A stretch of DNA of 64,000 nucleotides from Candidatus Zhuqueibacterota bacterium (GCA_049322915.1 JBMOPW010000013.1:62111-126110); one strand, 5' to 3'. Counted from the stretch's first letter, positions 1-11,183 are shown. Notes: generated by a model not told the origin, from the sequence alone. Numbers and translations are program-made.

Positions 1-741
1 AAACAATTTGGATTCTGACCGTTCCAGCCCGCCAACAACTTCTCTCAATGGCCAGATGGACTTGCGCAACGATATTAGTTTTCGCTTCAACGTATGAATA
101 CTGTGCAATGTCTCGGACGTGGGCTGCTCCACCAGCTCTGCCTCCAACACCTCGATGTAATCGCCAAGCTTTTCCAGGATGACGAAATAATTGTCTACCA
201 CCGCGTCGATCAGGGAATAGGCTAAATAATCGGATTTGCTCTGCCGAATGCGCGAATGGCCAACCCGTATCCTCTCGCGCACTGGATCGAACTCATCGCC
301 TTCCCGCTCCTGAAACGTGATGACAAAATCTTTACCCACGATCAGACTGAGTTGCTCGTCGATAATTTCATTTCTAAGCTCGTCGTACAGCAACATTTTC
401 AGCACGACGTACATGTAAGTACCGAGGTCCTCGAATTTCGGGCGCTGACCGGTATGAAGAATGTCTTCCAGGATGAGCGGATGGATTTCAAATTTTTTCC
501 CGAGTTTGTCCACAATGCTGACATCGTGGAGGCCATCGATGTTGATCCATGTCAGACTGGGCTTTTCATGATACGGGTAACAGTCCTCTACGCGCTCGAC
601 TTCCTTTTCCTCGAGATTCGTTTCATCGAAATCGAAAACAGAAATACGGGTCTTCTCGGTCTTTTTTTCGCCCACGTGGATGAGCGTCCCCGGCGGAAGT
701 CCCACTTTTCGGGACGCTTCTTTCATGTATCTCGTTGCCAT
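1..741 (-). CDS. corA: Magnesium/cobalt transporter CorA (runs off the window; not in the ORF track)
   Basis: Manual translation from ATG 741 (SD GGAG upstream): MATRYMKEASRKVGLPPGTLIHVGEKK...WINIDGLHDV...IHPLILEDILHTGQRPKFED, typical CorA N-terminal motifs. Confidence 0.9.
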   Translation of the reverse strand, partial: MATRYMKEASRKVGLPPGTLIHVGEKKTEKTRISVFDFDETNLEEKEVERVEDCYPYHEKPSLTWINIDGLHDVSIVDKLGKKFEIHPLILEDILHTGQRPKFEDLGTYMYVVLKMLLYDELRNEIIDEQLSLIVGKDFVITFQEREGDEFDPVRERIRVGHSRIRQSKSDYLAYSLIDAVVDNYFVILEKLGDYIEVLEAELVEQPTSETLHSIHTLKRKLISLRKSIWPLREVVGGLERSESKLF

Positions 742-866
742 ACGTCTCCAATTTGATGGCAATACTGATTCGGGTGAATTCTGTCAATGCTCTGTCCGCA
801 CGACGCTCGCATGAATATTCAATTGTGACAAGCGGCGAATGAACCTGGCGGCGCCGAATAATGGCT

Positions 867-1058
867 TCACCTTTTCTTCGATTTTGCCGCAATGTAGCCC
901 AGGATGAATCCAATGATTAAAATCATCGGGATGAAAATAATGCGGGACATGGTTAAATCCCAGAGCAAGAACCGCAACGTCACCACACTGATATTTTGAA
1001 TGACGATGATCAGTATCAGCGCGATGAGCACCAGAGCGAGCACCATTTTTGCTTTCAA
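867..1058 (-). CDS. Small two-TM LapA/DUF1049-family membrane protein
   Basis: 63 aa, TM-QN-x-VTLRFLLW-TM-basic tail pattern; SD GGAGGG upstream. Confidence 0.7.
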   Translation of the reverse strand: MKAKMVLALVLIALILIIVIQNISVVTLRFLLWDLTMSRIIFIPMILIIGFILGYIAAKSKKR

Positions 1059-1088
1059 ACTTTCCCTCCGTGTCTCGTTTGTGAACCA

Positions 1089-1775
1089 TCACTTTTCTGA
1101 TTCATTTTTTTTGCTGATGGTGTGGATTTCAACACCGACAGCGCTTATCTCCTGGCCGATTTTATCGGAAGTCCTGGCTATTCCACTTTTCAGTCGACTC
1201 GCCAGATCGCGGGAATTCTGAATCAGGCGCTCGAATCCCGATTCCACGCGATCCCCGGCCCATCTGGCGGCATGCTTCAGATTATCGGACGTCTCTTCCA
1301 ACTCCTGCCCGGCCTGCGCGTAATTTTTCTGAGCCCAGGATTGCACCGCTTTTTTCTGGTACATAGTTGAGAAATACAGGTACACATTCGCAAATGATTT
1401 TCTCAAACGATTGATGCTTGTAATAGTTCCATTTTCGATGTCGTCGGCCAGGCGGGACAGACCTTCGCGCGTGGCTTGCAGCGCTTCCACCTCCTCCGGA
1501 ATAAGCTGCACTGATGGCTTCAACGCTAGAGCGCTTTTTCGAATCTCCTCCGCAGCTGATTTTCTGTCCCCGGCTTCGAACCGGGCTTCGGCCTGCAGGA
1601 AATGTTGTTCCATCGTATCGGCGCTGGCAGGTGTGGCCGGTGCTGTTACGGAATCAGGAGAATGCATCGTCTCCTGTGGCAGTTCAGAATTGTTCAGCCG
1701 AAACAGGACAATTACCAGGACAATGATGACTATCGTCAGGATCAGCGCGCGTCGCGACGATTTTCTTTCACTCAT
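1089..1775 (-). CDS. Hypothetical helical protein with N-terminal membrane anchor
   Basis: 228 aa ORF with SD AGGAG, basic N-terminus followed by a hydrophobic stretch. Confidence 0.7.
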   Translation of the reverse strand: MSERKSSRRALILTIVIIVLVIVLFRLNNSELPQETMHSPDSVTAPATPASADTMEQHFLQAEARFEAGDRKSAAEEIRKSALALKPSVQLIPEEVEALQATREGLSRLADDIENGTITSINRLRKSFANVYLYFSTMYQKKAVQSWAQKNYAQAGQELEETSDNLKHAARWAGDRVESGFERLIQNSRDLASRLKSGIARTSDKIGQEISAVGVEIHTISKKNESEK

Positions 1776-2066
1776 AAATCTCTCCTTTCGACCTTAACCC
1801 CGAGCTATCGGCGGTGATCCCGCACCATCCATCGCTGCAACAACGTCCCAATCTTCATTTCATCCCGTCGCCCCGCTTCGAATCTCACTCAACGTCAGGC
1901 AGCAATCACCCGCTCCGGGGAACTGCATTTTTTCGCTGAAAAATATTACAGGAAGATAGTAAAATTTGAAACCGTTGTCAATGTAAAATTAGAAAAATTA
2001 TATCCCGAGACCGAGTCAGCCAGCATGCGTCAGTTGGCTGGCGCCATCATTTCAGAGTGGAGAAAA

Positions 2067-3131
2067 TCACTGCGCGGAATTTCTGTCTCGCACCAGCGGC
2101 TTCCAGACAACATCCCGGCGAATCGACAGCTTCGTCAAAAACCGTCCGACCACTTCCGTTTCCAATCGTTCCCATTCCTGTTCATTTTCTTCCGTGCAGG
2201 GAATCTGACCGCCGGCCATGCGCGGATGTCCCCCGGCAGAGCCCATCGTGCCGACGATCTGCTTGAGCATTTTTCCGGCGTGAGCCTGAGGATGGTTGCA
2301 GCGCATCGAAATGAACAGTTGCTCATGATAACGCCCGGTCACCAGCGACCAGCCCATGCGCTCATGCCGCAGTAGCAGATCGGCGATCAGCGCGACAAAT
2401 TCGGGCGAGGCAACTTCTTTCAAATGGACATGAATGAGGTGCTGGAAAATCTTTGCCTGTTGAAGCGCCGTAAACAGCATCGAATAATACTGGTTCGGCA
2501 GACTGGGGTGAAATATTTTTGCCAGTTTGTGCTTGTTGGCTTTCTCGTAGACCGATAAATAGGTATCGATATCCGCCTGGGAGACATCCCGACCCAATTC
2601 CTGAGTTTCCGTGCGAATGGCGTAAGTCACCGCTGTGGCAATATCGACGAGGATTTCCAGGCCGGCAGCGTGAAGATATTCGATCAGCATGGTGGCGCTG
2701 GCGCCGTATTCCGGACGCACGTCCGCCAATTGCACATGTGCCAGGTCGCCGCCCCGATGGTGATCAAAAACCATGGCAGGAACAAGCTGTCGGGAGAGAC
2801 TGTTATTGCCAAAACCAGGCTGGGTATCCACCATGGCGATCAAACTGTGTTTATCCAGCCGAACTCCGGAAATGGGTAAGACGTGGAGTTTCAGTTGCTG
2901 AACCATGGCCCGATTCTCCGCTCGCGTGATGACGCCTCCGTAGACAATCCGGGGACGGACCCCGTATCGGTTTCGCACCAGATAGGAAAGAATCATCGCG
3001 CTGGCCAGCGCATCCGGGTCAGGATAATCATGCATCACGATGGTGAGAGTCTCTCGTCCGTGGATTATGCGATCGAGTCGCTTCAGATTCTGACCTGCAA
3101 CATCTCCTGATTTGTTCACCGTGATGAACAC
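2067..3131 (-). CDS. DHH/DHHA1 family phosphoesterase (NrnA-like); start may be GTG 3119
   Basis: HDYPDPDALAS, VDT, FDHH, YGASAT and SAGGH motifs. Confidence 0.88.
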   Translation of the reverse strand: MFITVNKSGDVAGQNLKRLDRIIHGRETLTIVMHDYPDPDALASAMILSYLVRNRYGVRPRIVYGGVITRAENRAMVQQLKLHVLPISGVRLDKHSLIAMVDTQPGFGNNSLSRQLVPAMVFDHHRGGDLAHVQLADVRPEYGASATMLIEYLHAAGLEILVDIATAVTYAIRTETQELGRDVSQADIDTYLSVYEKANKHKLAKIFHPSLPNQYYSMLFTALQQAKIFQHLIHVHLKEVASPEFVALIADLLLRHERMGWSLVTGRYHEQLFISMRCNHPQAHAGKMLKQIVGTMGSAGGHPRMAGGQIPCTEENEQEWERLETEVVGRFLTKLSIRRDVVWKPLVRDRNSAQ

Positions 3132-3243
3132 CTCCGAAATTATGTGGAACCGAATGAGACGCCTGCATCCGGCCGACCAGCCCTGCCCACTCAGGTTTCC
3201 CTGATTGAGCGCCAGCTATGAGCTGGCGAATGAAACGCACCGC

Positions 3244-3840
3244 TCATTTGCCGTTCTTTTCAAATTTCAATTGACTCCAAAACCTGAGCCGATTTTTTTC
3301 ACTGGTCAAAGGAAAGACTGTCTCCCGCGCCATTCGCACGTCTTCCACGGAATAGAACGCATTGGGACTGAATCGATTCACCATGCCCAGGACGGTCTGA
3401 AGTTCTTTCCGTTGTATCACCGTGAAAATAATTTTGACGACGCCGGTCAATCCCTCGCCATTCACGATAGTCACGCCATAGCCTGCTTTTTTCATGGCGG
3501 CAATTAATTCGCTCGCATCCCGGCGCGTAATGATGCGCACAACCTGAATGCCAATGGCCAGCTTCTGCTCCAGCGACATCCCGATGTAACTGCCGGTAGC
3601 AAATCCCCCGGCATAGGCCAGATAGCACAACGAGTTATTGAGATTATTGAATATCTGCCGAATTGCCAGCAGCCAGATGAGCACTTCGACGAATCCCAGA
3701 CAGGAAGCCAGTCTCCTTTTTCCGCGCGAAACGTACATGATTCGGAGCGTGCCCATGGATACATCGATAATTCGCGCAGAAAAAATGAGCATCGGGAGAA
3801 CCACCCAATTGAAAACGGTCGAGTCCATTAATAAATCCAC
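3244..3840 (-). CDS. DUF2179/DUF5698 (UPF0316) membrane protein
   Basis: ARIIDVSMGTLR, GFVEVLIW, YAGGFATG, GYGVT and FYSVEDVR motifs. Confidence 0.85.
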   Translation of the reverse strand: MDLLMDSTVFNWVVLPMLIFSARIIDVSMGTLRIMYVSRGKRRLASCLGFVEVLIWLLAIRQIFNNLNNSLCYLAYAGGFATGSYIGMSLEQKLAIGIQVVRIITRRDASELIAAMKKAGYGVTIVNGEGLTGVVKIIFTVIQRKELQTVLGMVNRFSPNAFYSVEDVRMARETVFPLTSEKNRLRFWSQLKFEKNGK

Positions 3841-3970
3841 TGCTCTTCACCTCACGTGTGAGTCGATTGATTGTTCATTTGTCCAGGGGGACATACGTTA
3901 AAAAAAAAGAGTAACCCCCCGCTATGGCTACTCCTCGATTCTGTCCATTCTGCCGCTCATCGCGTCGTCG

Positions 3971-4336
3971 TTATTCTTCTTTGAGAACTTTGAATTCACG
4001 CACTGAAATGATGAAAACCCCATCGTCATCCTTCACGACGATGCCGGTTGCCAGGACGTCCCGCCCGACAAAGTTCGTCAATTCCTTGCCTTTCTTGTTT
4101 TCAGTAACCAGATAATCGATGACGTATTCCTCCTCTGTGGTGTCCCCGGGAATGACCGTCACGGAGATGGCGATGGAAATGACGTTATCATTCTCATCCC
4201 ACTCCGTCCCGATGACCATCCCCTCGATGGTCGTCTCCTTCGCTTTTTCCTGGCTATAGACATCGCTGGACAGGATGGCCAATGCCAGCAGCGTAACACT
4301 CAAAAGCCCGACTAAGTAACTGCACTGTGTTTTCAT
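3971..4336 (-). CDS. Hypothetical secreted protein, possibly OB-fold-like
   Basis: 121 aa with signal-peptide-like N-terminus and acidic beta-rich body; SD AAAGGG. Confidence 0.65.
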   Translation of the reverse strand: MKTQCSYLVGLLSVTLLALAILSSDVYSQEKAKETTIEGMVIGTEWDENDNVISIAISVTVIPGDTTEEEYVIDYLVTENKKGKELTNFVGRDVLATGIVVKDDDGVFIISVREFKVLKEE

Positions 4337-4920
4337 TTCATATCCCTTTCAAATGGACGATGCGATCAAATTCAGCTTTAGTAAATGCGAACTACCGGCT
4401 CAGGACAGCCTCAGTGTTTGCGCTCCAACCTTCTTTCAAATCGATGCTACGCTCCAATCGATTTGAATTTCTGTGTCGTTACTATCGACGATTCAACCTC
4501 AATGAAGTGCTGCAACCCTGATCTCAGGCGCAGTGACACCCTCCCCATGCTGCTCTGCGGGAAGGAGATTTTCGGATCCGATGCGTTGTATTAAAATGAG
4601 TTGCAATTCATATCGAATAAAAAGGACATGCTCGCCCGTATCCATGCCCGTTAAAACTTTACAAAGACAATTCATTTGAAGAAAAAACTACCGGGTTAAT
4701 ATACACTTTGTACAACAAAATGCAAGTACGATTTTTCATAGACCAATAAAATGATGATTCCACGCATCTCAGCGCCAATCGACCGCAGACTGATTCCCGG
4801 GTGGGCGTCATGGTTTGCCGGAATTGATGTCGCCAGGGCCTCGTCATCTCCCAGACACATCTTCAATGGCTAAATTGTCAGCGGTGATTGATCGAACCGC
4901 GGCAGGATTTTCAGAGGATT

Positions 4921-4963
4921 CTCCTTCCGCGCGGTTCCCGGAAATCGACGGGCGCGGAAGGAG
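4921..4963 (-). terminator. Stem-loop directly downstream of the polysaccharide operon
   Basis: Perfect 12-bp inverted repeat CTCCTTCCGCGC/GCGCGGAAGGAG, 11 bp after the AsnB-like stop; no clear U-tract. Confidence 0.5.
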
Positions 4964-4973
4964 TTTCACATAT

Positions 4974-6800
4974 CTATTCCAGGTAATCGGAAAATTGCTT
5001 CCTGAAATCCCTTTCGATGAAGATGTCCCACCATAGCGTTAACAGCAACAAGTTCAAGAGTTGATTTCCCCGAATCTGATCGAACCAGAACCAGTAACTC
5101 CCTTTGTCGGACGACGCGTCGAACGCCTCGAAAAATGCATTCAGGAATTTCGGATTGAACATGGCGCGGGCGGCCTCGGACTCCCTGATGTACTGAAATA
5201 ATTTATGACGCAGCGCGTTATCCGCGAACATAACGCCCAGAGGTGCAAATCCCCCCTGTTTCTTTCGGCCCGACACTTCCGCCGGCAGTTTTGATTTCAC
5301 GGTCTTCTTGAGCAAAAATTTGCTCACGCCGCGCCCCTGCATCAGTTCTTTCAGCGAGCCCTTTGTCTTCAACTGGCGCGGCAGTCGCGTCAGGAACCGA
5401 TACATTTCCAGATCCATGTACGGGAACGTCAATGGCACACCGTGCAATTCCGACATGCGCGCTGCTTTGTACAGAATGGCCTCATTGGCGATTGTCCGGA
5501 TATCGATGTAAAAATTCCGCAGATTGTACAGCTCATCAAAATTGTGATACTTCCTCCAGCCGTTGGCATCGTCCTTCATCTTCAGATTGAGCAGTTGTCC
5601 GATGTGCTGCTGGGAAAATCCAAAATTTTCCCGGTCGAGCACGTCCAGAATGGCGCGATTATGGAAGCGGAACCGGAACAGCACATTATCTTGCTGGAAA
5701 AAAGACAGATGAGACAGCGACTGCGCCATCCTCTGCACCAACTGGAAACCATATTTTCTGCCCAGGAAATGCAGGGCGATCTGCTGCGATGCTGTCCCAA
5801 AGAGCTGGTCATTGCCATCGCCGCCCATGACTACCGGCAGCGTGGGATCCACAGATTTCATGGCCATATAATTGATGAAAAATCCCTGTTCCGCGAACGG
5901 TTCACCAAAATGTCGTACAATTTCCGGCAGGTAATCAATCTCAGAACCATCCAGAAGATAGGCATTGAATTCAGCGTCGAAGGTCTCCGCCATTTTCTTG
6001 GCAAATGGCAATTCCGACCAGGGATTATCCCTGAAGCCGATGGAATAGCTTTTGATTTTTCCACCGTAAACATCGCGCAGCGCGGCAATGACTCCGCCGG
6101 AATCATACCCGCCGCTCAGCAAAACTCCGACTGTCGAATGGTCTTTGATGCGCCGTTGAATCGCCCGGTGCAGCAGCGATATGTATTGCTCCGCAGCCTC
6201 GTCCTCGGAGATGGCCATTTTCTGCTGGTTGAAATCGCTGTAATCGAACAGCGAATCGACCGTGATGGTCTTATCCCGATAAATGAGAACACCGCCCGGG
6301 CTGAGTTTTCTGACTCCCTGAAAAATCGTCCCCGGGGAAATGACAAAACAGCCGTACAGAAACGACGACGCTGCATCCATATCAATTTTCGGGCTGAATG
6401 ACTGGAATGCCTGCAACTCGTCCATCGAACTGGCAAAGTACTCGTTGGTGAAAAAGAATCGCGGGCCAATGCCGTTCTTGTCCCGCAGAACATACATGCT
6501 CGATCCGTCCGAAATAATCACCAGAAATTTTCCATCGACCTGTTTGAAGCCATCCAACCCTTTGGTCAGAAACAGGCGCAGCAACAGTTTCTCAGTGGGT
6601 ACGCCGGGGGATGCCAGTGCTTTCTCCAAATCCGGCGCGTTGTAAATTTCGCCCCAGAAGAACAATTCGGCCGAATCTTTATTTGCAAAGCAGCAGTTGT
6701 TAGCCAGGATATTTCCTCTGGATTGGCTGAATGCGTCCGGCTGGTTCACCGATCCAGCCACATCACGATGCCTGTCGAAATGGCCAATAAATGAATTCAC
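4974..6800 (-). CDS. Asparagine synthetase B-like amidotransferase/amide ligase lacking the N-terminal Cys
   Basis: GEIYN, RDKNG, PP-loop LLSGGYDS, GGDGNDQLFG, FPYMD, K-LLK and RKKQG motifs; N-terminus is MNSFIG rather than MCGI. Confidence 0.85.
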   Translation of the reverse strand: MNSFIGHFDRHRDVAGSVNQPDAFSQSRGNILANNCCFANKDSAELFFWGEIYNAPDLEKALASPGVPTEKLLLRLFLTKGLDGFKQVDGKFLVIISDGSSMYVLRDKNGIGPRFFFTNEYFASSMDELQAFQSFSPKIDMDAASSFLYGCFVISPGTIFQGVRKLSPGGVLIYRDKTITVDSLFDYSDFNQQKMAISEDEAAEQYISLLHRAIQRRIKDHSTVGVLLSGGYDSGGVIAALRDVYGGKIKSYSIGFRDNPWSELPFAKKMAETFDAEFNAYLLDGSEIDYLPEIVRHFGEPFAEQGFFINYMAMKSVDPTLPVVMGGDGNDQLFGTASQQIALHFLGRKYGFQLVQRMAQSLSHLSFFQQDNVLFRFRFHNRAILDVLDRENFGFSQQHIGQLLNLKMKDDANGWRKYHNFDELYNLRNFYIDIRTIANEAILYKAARMSELHGVPLTFPYMDLEMYRFLTRLPRQLKTKGSLKELMQGRGVSKFLLKKTVKSKLPAEVSGRKKQGGFAPLGVMFADNALRHKLFQYIRESEAARAMFNPKFLNAFFEAFDASSDKGSYWFWFDQIRGNQLLNLLLLTLWWDIFIERDFRKQFSDYLE

Positions 6801-6831
6801 GCGTTTCCTCTCCTTTTATAATTTTTTTCAA

Positions 6832-8013
6832 TCATGCCCGGCTCGCCCGTTCCCACAGTACCGATTGCCTGCCCCGGGCCCATCTGAAAAATCCGAGCAC
6901 CGCTGCTGCATTCATCATGGAAAAATAGAACGGCACAAACAGCGGTTTGACCTGGATATTTTTCGTCTCGAAGTACCAGTTTAACAGCGTCATGCCATAG
7001 AACAGAATCTGCGCCCAGAACAGCACAGTGTATAGCCCGCCCCGGTGAATCATGAGCGCATAATTGGCCGGGAGTAAGGCGATGAGCAGAAACGGATCCA
7101 CTGCCCAGCGCAACACGCGATGCGAAATATATTGAAAACTGAGCATGCCATACTTCAGCGGATTGAGCAGGGCTTTGAGCCGCGCAATCGACTGGAATCC
7201 GCCGGCGCTGATTCGCACTTTGCGTTTCATCTCCTCTTTGATGGATGCCGACGGCGTTTCCAGCGCATAGGCATTGGGCTCATAGACAACCCGGTAGCCT
7301 TTCCCTGCGATGCGCAGCGAAATGATAAAATCATCCAGAATGGTATCGCGTTCCACTTCTTCAAAGAGCTCGGTTCGAATCGAAAACATCTCTCCAGCCG
7401 CGCCAACAATGGAGTACAGGTCAGAGTCCAGCTTTTTCAGGAAGGACTCATATTTCCAGTAAAGCCCTTCGCCAGCACCGCTGGAAGAATCTGCGCCTAT
7501 TTGTTTGATCCGCTTTTCCCCGGATACTGCGCCCACGTTGGGGTTCTGGTAATGCTTCACCAACTCTTTGATGGCCGTCGCGTTGAACATGGTGTTCGCG
7601 TCCGAGAAAACAACGATGGGAGTGTCCACAAATTTCATGGCGCGATTGATGGCCCCTATCTTCCCCGCCCGTTTATCTTCGTGCAGCACCTGGATTCGCT
7701 CGTATTTTCGCAATTCAGCCGGCGTGCCATCGGTCGAACCGTCCGTAATGAACAGCAGCTTCAATTTTTCTTTCGGATAATCCAGAGCGAACGAATTGGC
7801 CACCTTTTCGGCGATGCATTCCTTCTCATTGTAGGCGGCAACGAGCAAGGTAACTGCCGGCGATTCGGAGTCGCTGTCTGCAATCTGGCCTGGCTTTTTG
7901 CCTGAGATCGCCGCTTTCATTTTGACCAGAACAAACGCCACCACGCCATACCCGATGTAGGAATAGAACAGGATGGCCAAACTCACCCAGAAAAAGATCG
8001 CTAATAATTCCAT
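6832..8013 (-). CDS. GT2 glycosyltransferase, cellulose synthase/PgaC-like subgroup
   Basis: AAYNE, DGSTDGT, GK-GAIN, FSDAN, LDDF and RKVRISAG motifs; N- and C-terminal TM helices. Confidence 0.9.
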   Translation of the reverse strand: MELLAIFFWVSLAILFYSYIGYGVVAFVLVKMKAAISGKKPGQIADSDSESPAVTLLVAAYNEKECIAEKVANSFALDYPKEKLKLLFITDGSTDGTPAELRKYERIQVLHEDKRAGKIGAINRAMKFVDTPIVVFSDANTMFNATAIKELVKHYQNPNVGAVSGEKRIKQIGADSSSGAGEGLYWKYESFLKKLDSDLYSIVGAAGEMFSIRTELFEEVERDTILDDFIISLRIAGKGYRVVYEPNAYALETPSASIKEEMKRKVRISAGGFQSIARLKALLNPLKYGMLSFQYISHRVLRWAVDPFLLIALLPANYALMIHRGGLYTVLFWAQILFYGMTLLNWYFETKNIQVKPLFVPFYFSMMNAAAVLGFFRWARGRQSVLWERASRA

Positions 8014-8414
8014 CGATCATGTCCTTTGCTGTAAGTCACTTCCCGCGCCATTCGTCGTGTGATTGCATTGACTTTAGCTATTAGGTACGACATATCCACC
8101 GGCTTTTCCAGGTAATCATCGAACATGCGACTGAGCCCCTTCATTTTCAGCTCGTTCGACCCTTTGCCTGTGATGACGATGAATGGCGTCTCTGCTATTT
8201 CAGCATGATCCCTCACGGCTGCGCAGAATTGCTGACCGTTCTGGATGGGCATTTCGAAATCAGAAATGATCACGTCCGGGCGTTTCTCCAGCGCCACCTT
8301 CAACCCTTCGATCGGATTCTGTTTCACAAACACTTCGTAGCCGGCTTTGCGGAGATTGTACTCCAGCAATCTGCACATATTGATATCATCTTCCACGACA
8401 AGCACAGTGTACAT
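8001..8414 (-). CDS. Stand-alone response regulator receiver
   Basis: VLVVEDD, ISDFEMP, ITG and YLEKP; no output domain. Confidence 0.9.
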   Translation of the reverse strand: MYTVLVVEDDINMCRLLEYNLRKAGYEVFVKQNPIEGLKVALEKRPDVIISDFEMPIQNGQQFCAAVRDHAEIAETPFIVITGKGSNELKMKGLSRMFDDYLEKPVDMSYLIAKVNAITRRMAREVTYSKGHDRWNY

Positions 8415-8430
8415 AATTTGCTCCCACGCG

Positions 8431-9078
8431 TTATTTTAGTTTTTTGATTTCTTTAGCCGGCACACCGCCGACCAGGGTATAGGCTGGTACATCCTTCGTC
8501 ACCACCGATCCGGCCGCCACCACAGCGCCTTTGCCAATTCGTACGCCTTTCAGCACAATGACGCGCGTGGCCAGCCACACATCATCTTCGAGAGTGATCG
8601 GCGATGGCTTTTCAACGGTTTCACGATCCGACACGCCGTGGAAATCGCTGTCCATGATGACTACCTGGGTGGCAATCTGGCAATTCTTGCCAATGGACAC
8701 TCCATAGCGCACCGAGATCACAGTGCCGCAATTGATGAAGGCGCCGGCGCCAATGCTGAGGGTGCTGCCCTTCCCCACGGAAATGTGCGTCTTTGAAACG
8801 TGCGACCAAATTTTCACCCGATCTCCCAGGATAATTTCGCCGCTGCCCTCGATTCGGGGATGGCCGCGCACTGTCACAAGGCGACCGACTTTCTTACATC
8901 GCCACAGATAAATTTTCGCATTGATCACCCGTCCCGCGCCCTGCAGCAGTCGCAGCGCCAGCGCGCCGGCCCGACGTGCCTTGTCGCGCCCTGGCATACC
9001 TTCGGCGTCGGCGGTGTTCCCGGCGACTGGATTCAATTCCGACCATACACGCTGTTTCAATCTGGCTGTTCTCGACAT
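8431..9078 (-). CDS. Hexapeptide-repeat (LbH) O-acyltransferase
   Basis: [33 protein letters not shown] and GGVPAK motifs. Confidence 0.88.
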   Translation of the reverse strand: MSRTARLKQRVWSELNPVAGNTADAEGMPGRDKARRAGALALRLLQGAGRVINAKIYLWRCKKVGRLVTVRGHPRIEGSGEIILGDRVKIWSHVSKTHISVGKGSTLSIGAGAFINCGTVISVRYGVSIGKNCQIATQVVIMDSDFHGVSDRETVEKPSPITLEDDVWLATRVIVLKGVRIGKGAVVAAGSVVTKDVPAYTLVGGVPAKEIKKLK

Positions 9079-9094
9079 TCCAATTTCCCGTCCT

Positions 9095-10120
9095 TCATTT
9101 TAATGCATGTACTTTTTCCAGCAACACCTCTTCGGCAATCGATTGCCCGTCCAATCTCGCCTCCTGCGTCATCACGGTTATCCACGATTTGCGCGACAGG
9201 TTCCAGAAGAAGAACTTCGCGTACACGTCGAAGCCGCTTTTCAATTCGGCATAGCGCTTCGTATCTTTCGGCGCCACCAGCGATGGGAGGCCGTATCGAA
9301 TGAGCCACAGCGCCGAATAGAATGTGGTGCGCAGCCGATAGAGCCAGTACGAATATAAGGGATAACTTTTCTTCAGAAAGATAAATGCACTCTTGTAATT
9401 TTGAATGAACATCTCAATTTTCCGCTGGCTGGAAGCCGCCTTGCCGTAATGGATGATTCGGGCTTCCGGCAGATACATGATTTTCCAGCCGGCCTTTTTA
9501 ATGCGCCAGCACCAGTCCACTTCTTCGCCGTAGATATAAAATTGCTCATCCAGCAGCCGGATCTGCTCAATCACCTTGCGTCGAACCATCATCACAGCGC
9601 CGCGCGCCCAGTCGATTTCCCGGAGCGAAGCATGGTCCCAGAATGCCACGAATCGTTTTGCGAGAAATGCGCTGTTGGGAAAGAGCGTCGGGAAGATACG
9701 GTTCTCCAGCAATGTCGCCCAGAATGAATAGAAATTGCCCACGTTTTTTTGCAGCGAGCCATCGCCGTTCAGCAATTTCGAGGTGACCGCCCCGACCTCC
9801 GGGGCCGAGTCCAGATAGGCCACCAGCGTATCGATGGCGCGATCCAGCACTTTGGTATCCGGATTGAGAAGCAGCACGTACTCGCCGCGGGCTAAATGAA
9901 TCGCCTGATTGTTCGCAGCAGCAAAACCGCGATTGGTCGTGTTGGCGATGAGCTGCACCGTTGGGAAATCCGCCCGCACCATGCCGGCGCTACCGTCCGG
10001 CGACGCATTATCCACGACAAAAACTTCGTACGACGTCCGCGTCTCCTGCATCACCGACTCCAGACACTTTTTGAGCAGTTCCCGCGTGTTCCAATTGACA
10101 ATGATAATGGATAGTTTCAT
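9095..10120 (-). CDS. GT2 glycosyltransferase (WbbL-like)
   Basis: [33 protein letters not shown] and YGEEVDWC motifs. Confidence 0.9.
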   Translation of the reverse strand: MKLSIIIVNWNTRELLKKCLESVMQETRTSYEVFVVDNASPDGSAGMVRADFPTVQLIANTTNRGFAAANNQAIHLARGEYVLLLNPDTKVLDRAIDTLVAYLDSAPEVGAVTSKLLNGDGSLQKNVGNFYSFWATLLENRIFPTLFPNSAFLAKRFVAFWDHASLREIDWARGAVMMVRRKVIEQIRLLDEQFYIYGEEVDWCWRIKKAGWKIMYLPEARIIHYGKAASSQRKIEMFIQNYKSAFIFLKKSYPLYSYWLYRLRTTFYSALWLIRYGLPSLVAPKDTKRYAELKSGFDVYAKFFFWNLSRKSWITVMTQEARLDGQSIAEEVLLEKVHALK

Positions 10121-10247
10121 AATTCGTCCAATCGATTTTCCAGCGAACTGGAGTCTATTTCAATCACGAGAAAGAGGTAACAGGCATCGCGTCGTTTGGC
10201 GCATCGGTTGAATCAAACCTGCCACTGCGTCGGCTCCACCAGCCCTC

Positions 10248-10982
10248 TCATTTCTTCCCATTCAAATGGGACGTCATAAACTCAATGCCGATTTCCACCG
10301 AGGCCATGAACACGCTGAGGACCTCCTTTGCGATGGATTTTGGTCGGAACATCGTGTCAATCTGATCTCTGCTCCATCGTCCCATGAAATACGAGCGCAG
10401 CGCCGGGTCCTGTGGATCAATGACATAGTCGATGGCATCTTTCCACTCGTGGCGCACTGTCAGCAGGTCAGGATAGGTTTTTATCAGGATTCGGAATCCA
10501 AGGGATTTCTGTCCCATGTTGTACAATAATAAATCGCCAAAATCGATGGGGAACTTCAGCCCGATTTTGTCTTTTTCCACCATGGTGATTTTCCCATCCA
10601 GTTCCAGAATCGCCCATTTATGGGAGTCCTTTGGAATGAGGTATTCGCCGATGAGGGACGGCGTTTCGATGTAGCCCCTCGGGGCAACGCGGGCGAACTC
10701 GCTGAAGAAGTTGGCCGGTCTCTCCACATGTTCCAGCACATGATTGCTGATGATGTAATCGAACGCCTTATCCTTGAACGGCAGGAATTCAGCGTCGGCG
10801 ATGCAGAAATGCTGCTTCTTGAGCACTTTGATATTCCCGCCCCGGTGGTAATTGCTCTCGTAAAACTTGTCAACAACGACATTCGACCGCGGGTGCGGAT
10901 TGTGACCACCCCCGACTTCGAGCACCCAATCGCTTTTCTTCACGGTGATATCGAATCGGGATTTTGGATTTCGGGTTTTCAT
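10248..10982 (-). CDS. Class I SAM-dependent methyltransferase
   Basis: VLEVGGG, ADAEFLPFKDKAFDY and HVLEHV motifs. Confidence 0.82.
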   Translation of the reverse strand: MKTRNPKSRFDITVKKSDWVLEVGGGHNPHPRSNVVVDKFYESNYHRGGNIKVLKKQHFCIADAEFLPFKDKAFDYIISNHVLEHVERPANFFSEFARVAPRGYIETPSLIGEYLIPKDSHKWAILELDGKITMVEKDKIGLKFPIDFGDLLLYNMGQKSLGFRILIKTYPDLLTVRHEWKDAIDYVIDPQDPALRSYFMGRWSRDQIDTMFRPKSIAKEVLSVFMASVEIGIEFMTSHLNGKK

Positions 10983-11183
10983 TTTCGCTCCGGTAGCAGA
11001 TTGTAATTCATAATGTGTTATAAAAAGATGATGTTATAGAAGTGTTAGAATTGTCTTCTATGGCTCATTGTCATTCTGGAAAATTCAATTTCATTTCGAA
11101 AACCAAATTCAGCCTTGTTGAGGCTGGAAAAACAGCGCCATCGCCCTGCCCGGGTAGAACTACCGGACTGCGATGCCTCGCTC

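Noticed and set aside
256..756. Plus-strand 166-aa ORF, and other long antisense ORFs (17241-18545, 40533-41999, 53003-54361, 59847-61493)
   Set aside because: Shadow frames opposite well-supported genes, with no recognisable motifs.
4974..6800. Lasso peptide cyclase
   Set aside because: No precursor, B1/RRE or B2 protease nearby; the context is polysaccharide synthesis.
11014..11050. Three TGTTA(T/G)A motifs upstream of the methyltransferase
   Set aside because: Short, irregularly spaced and in AT-rich sequence; could be chance.
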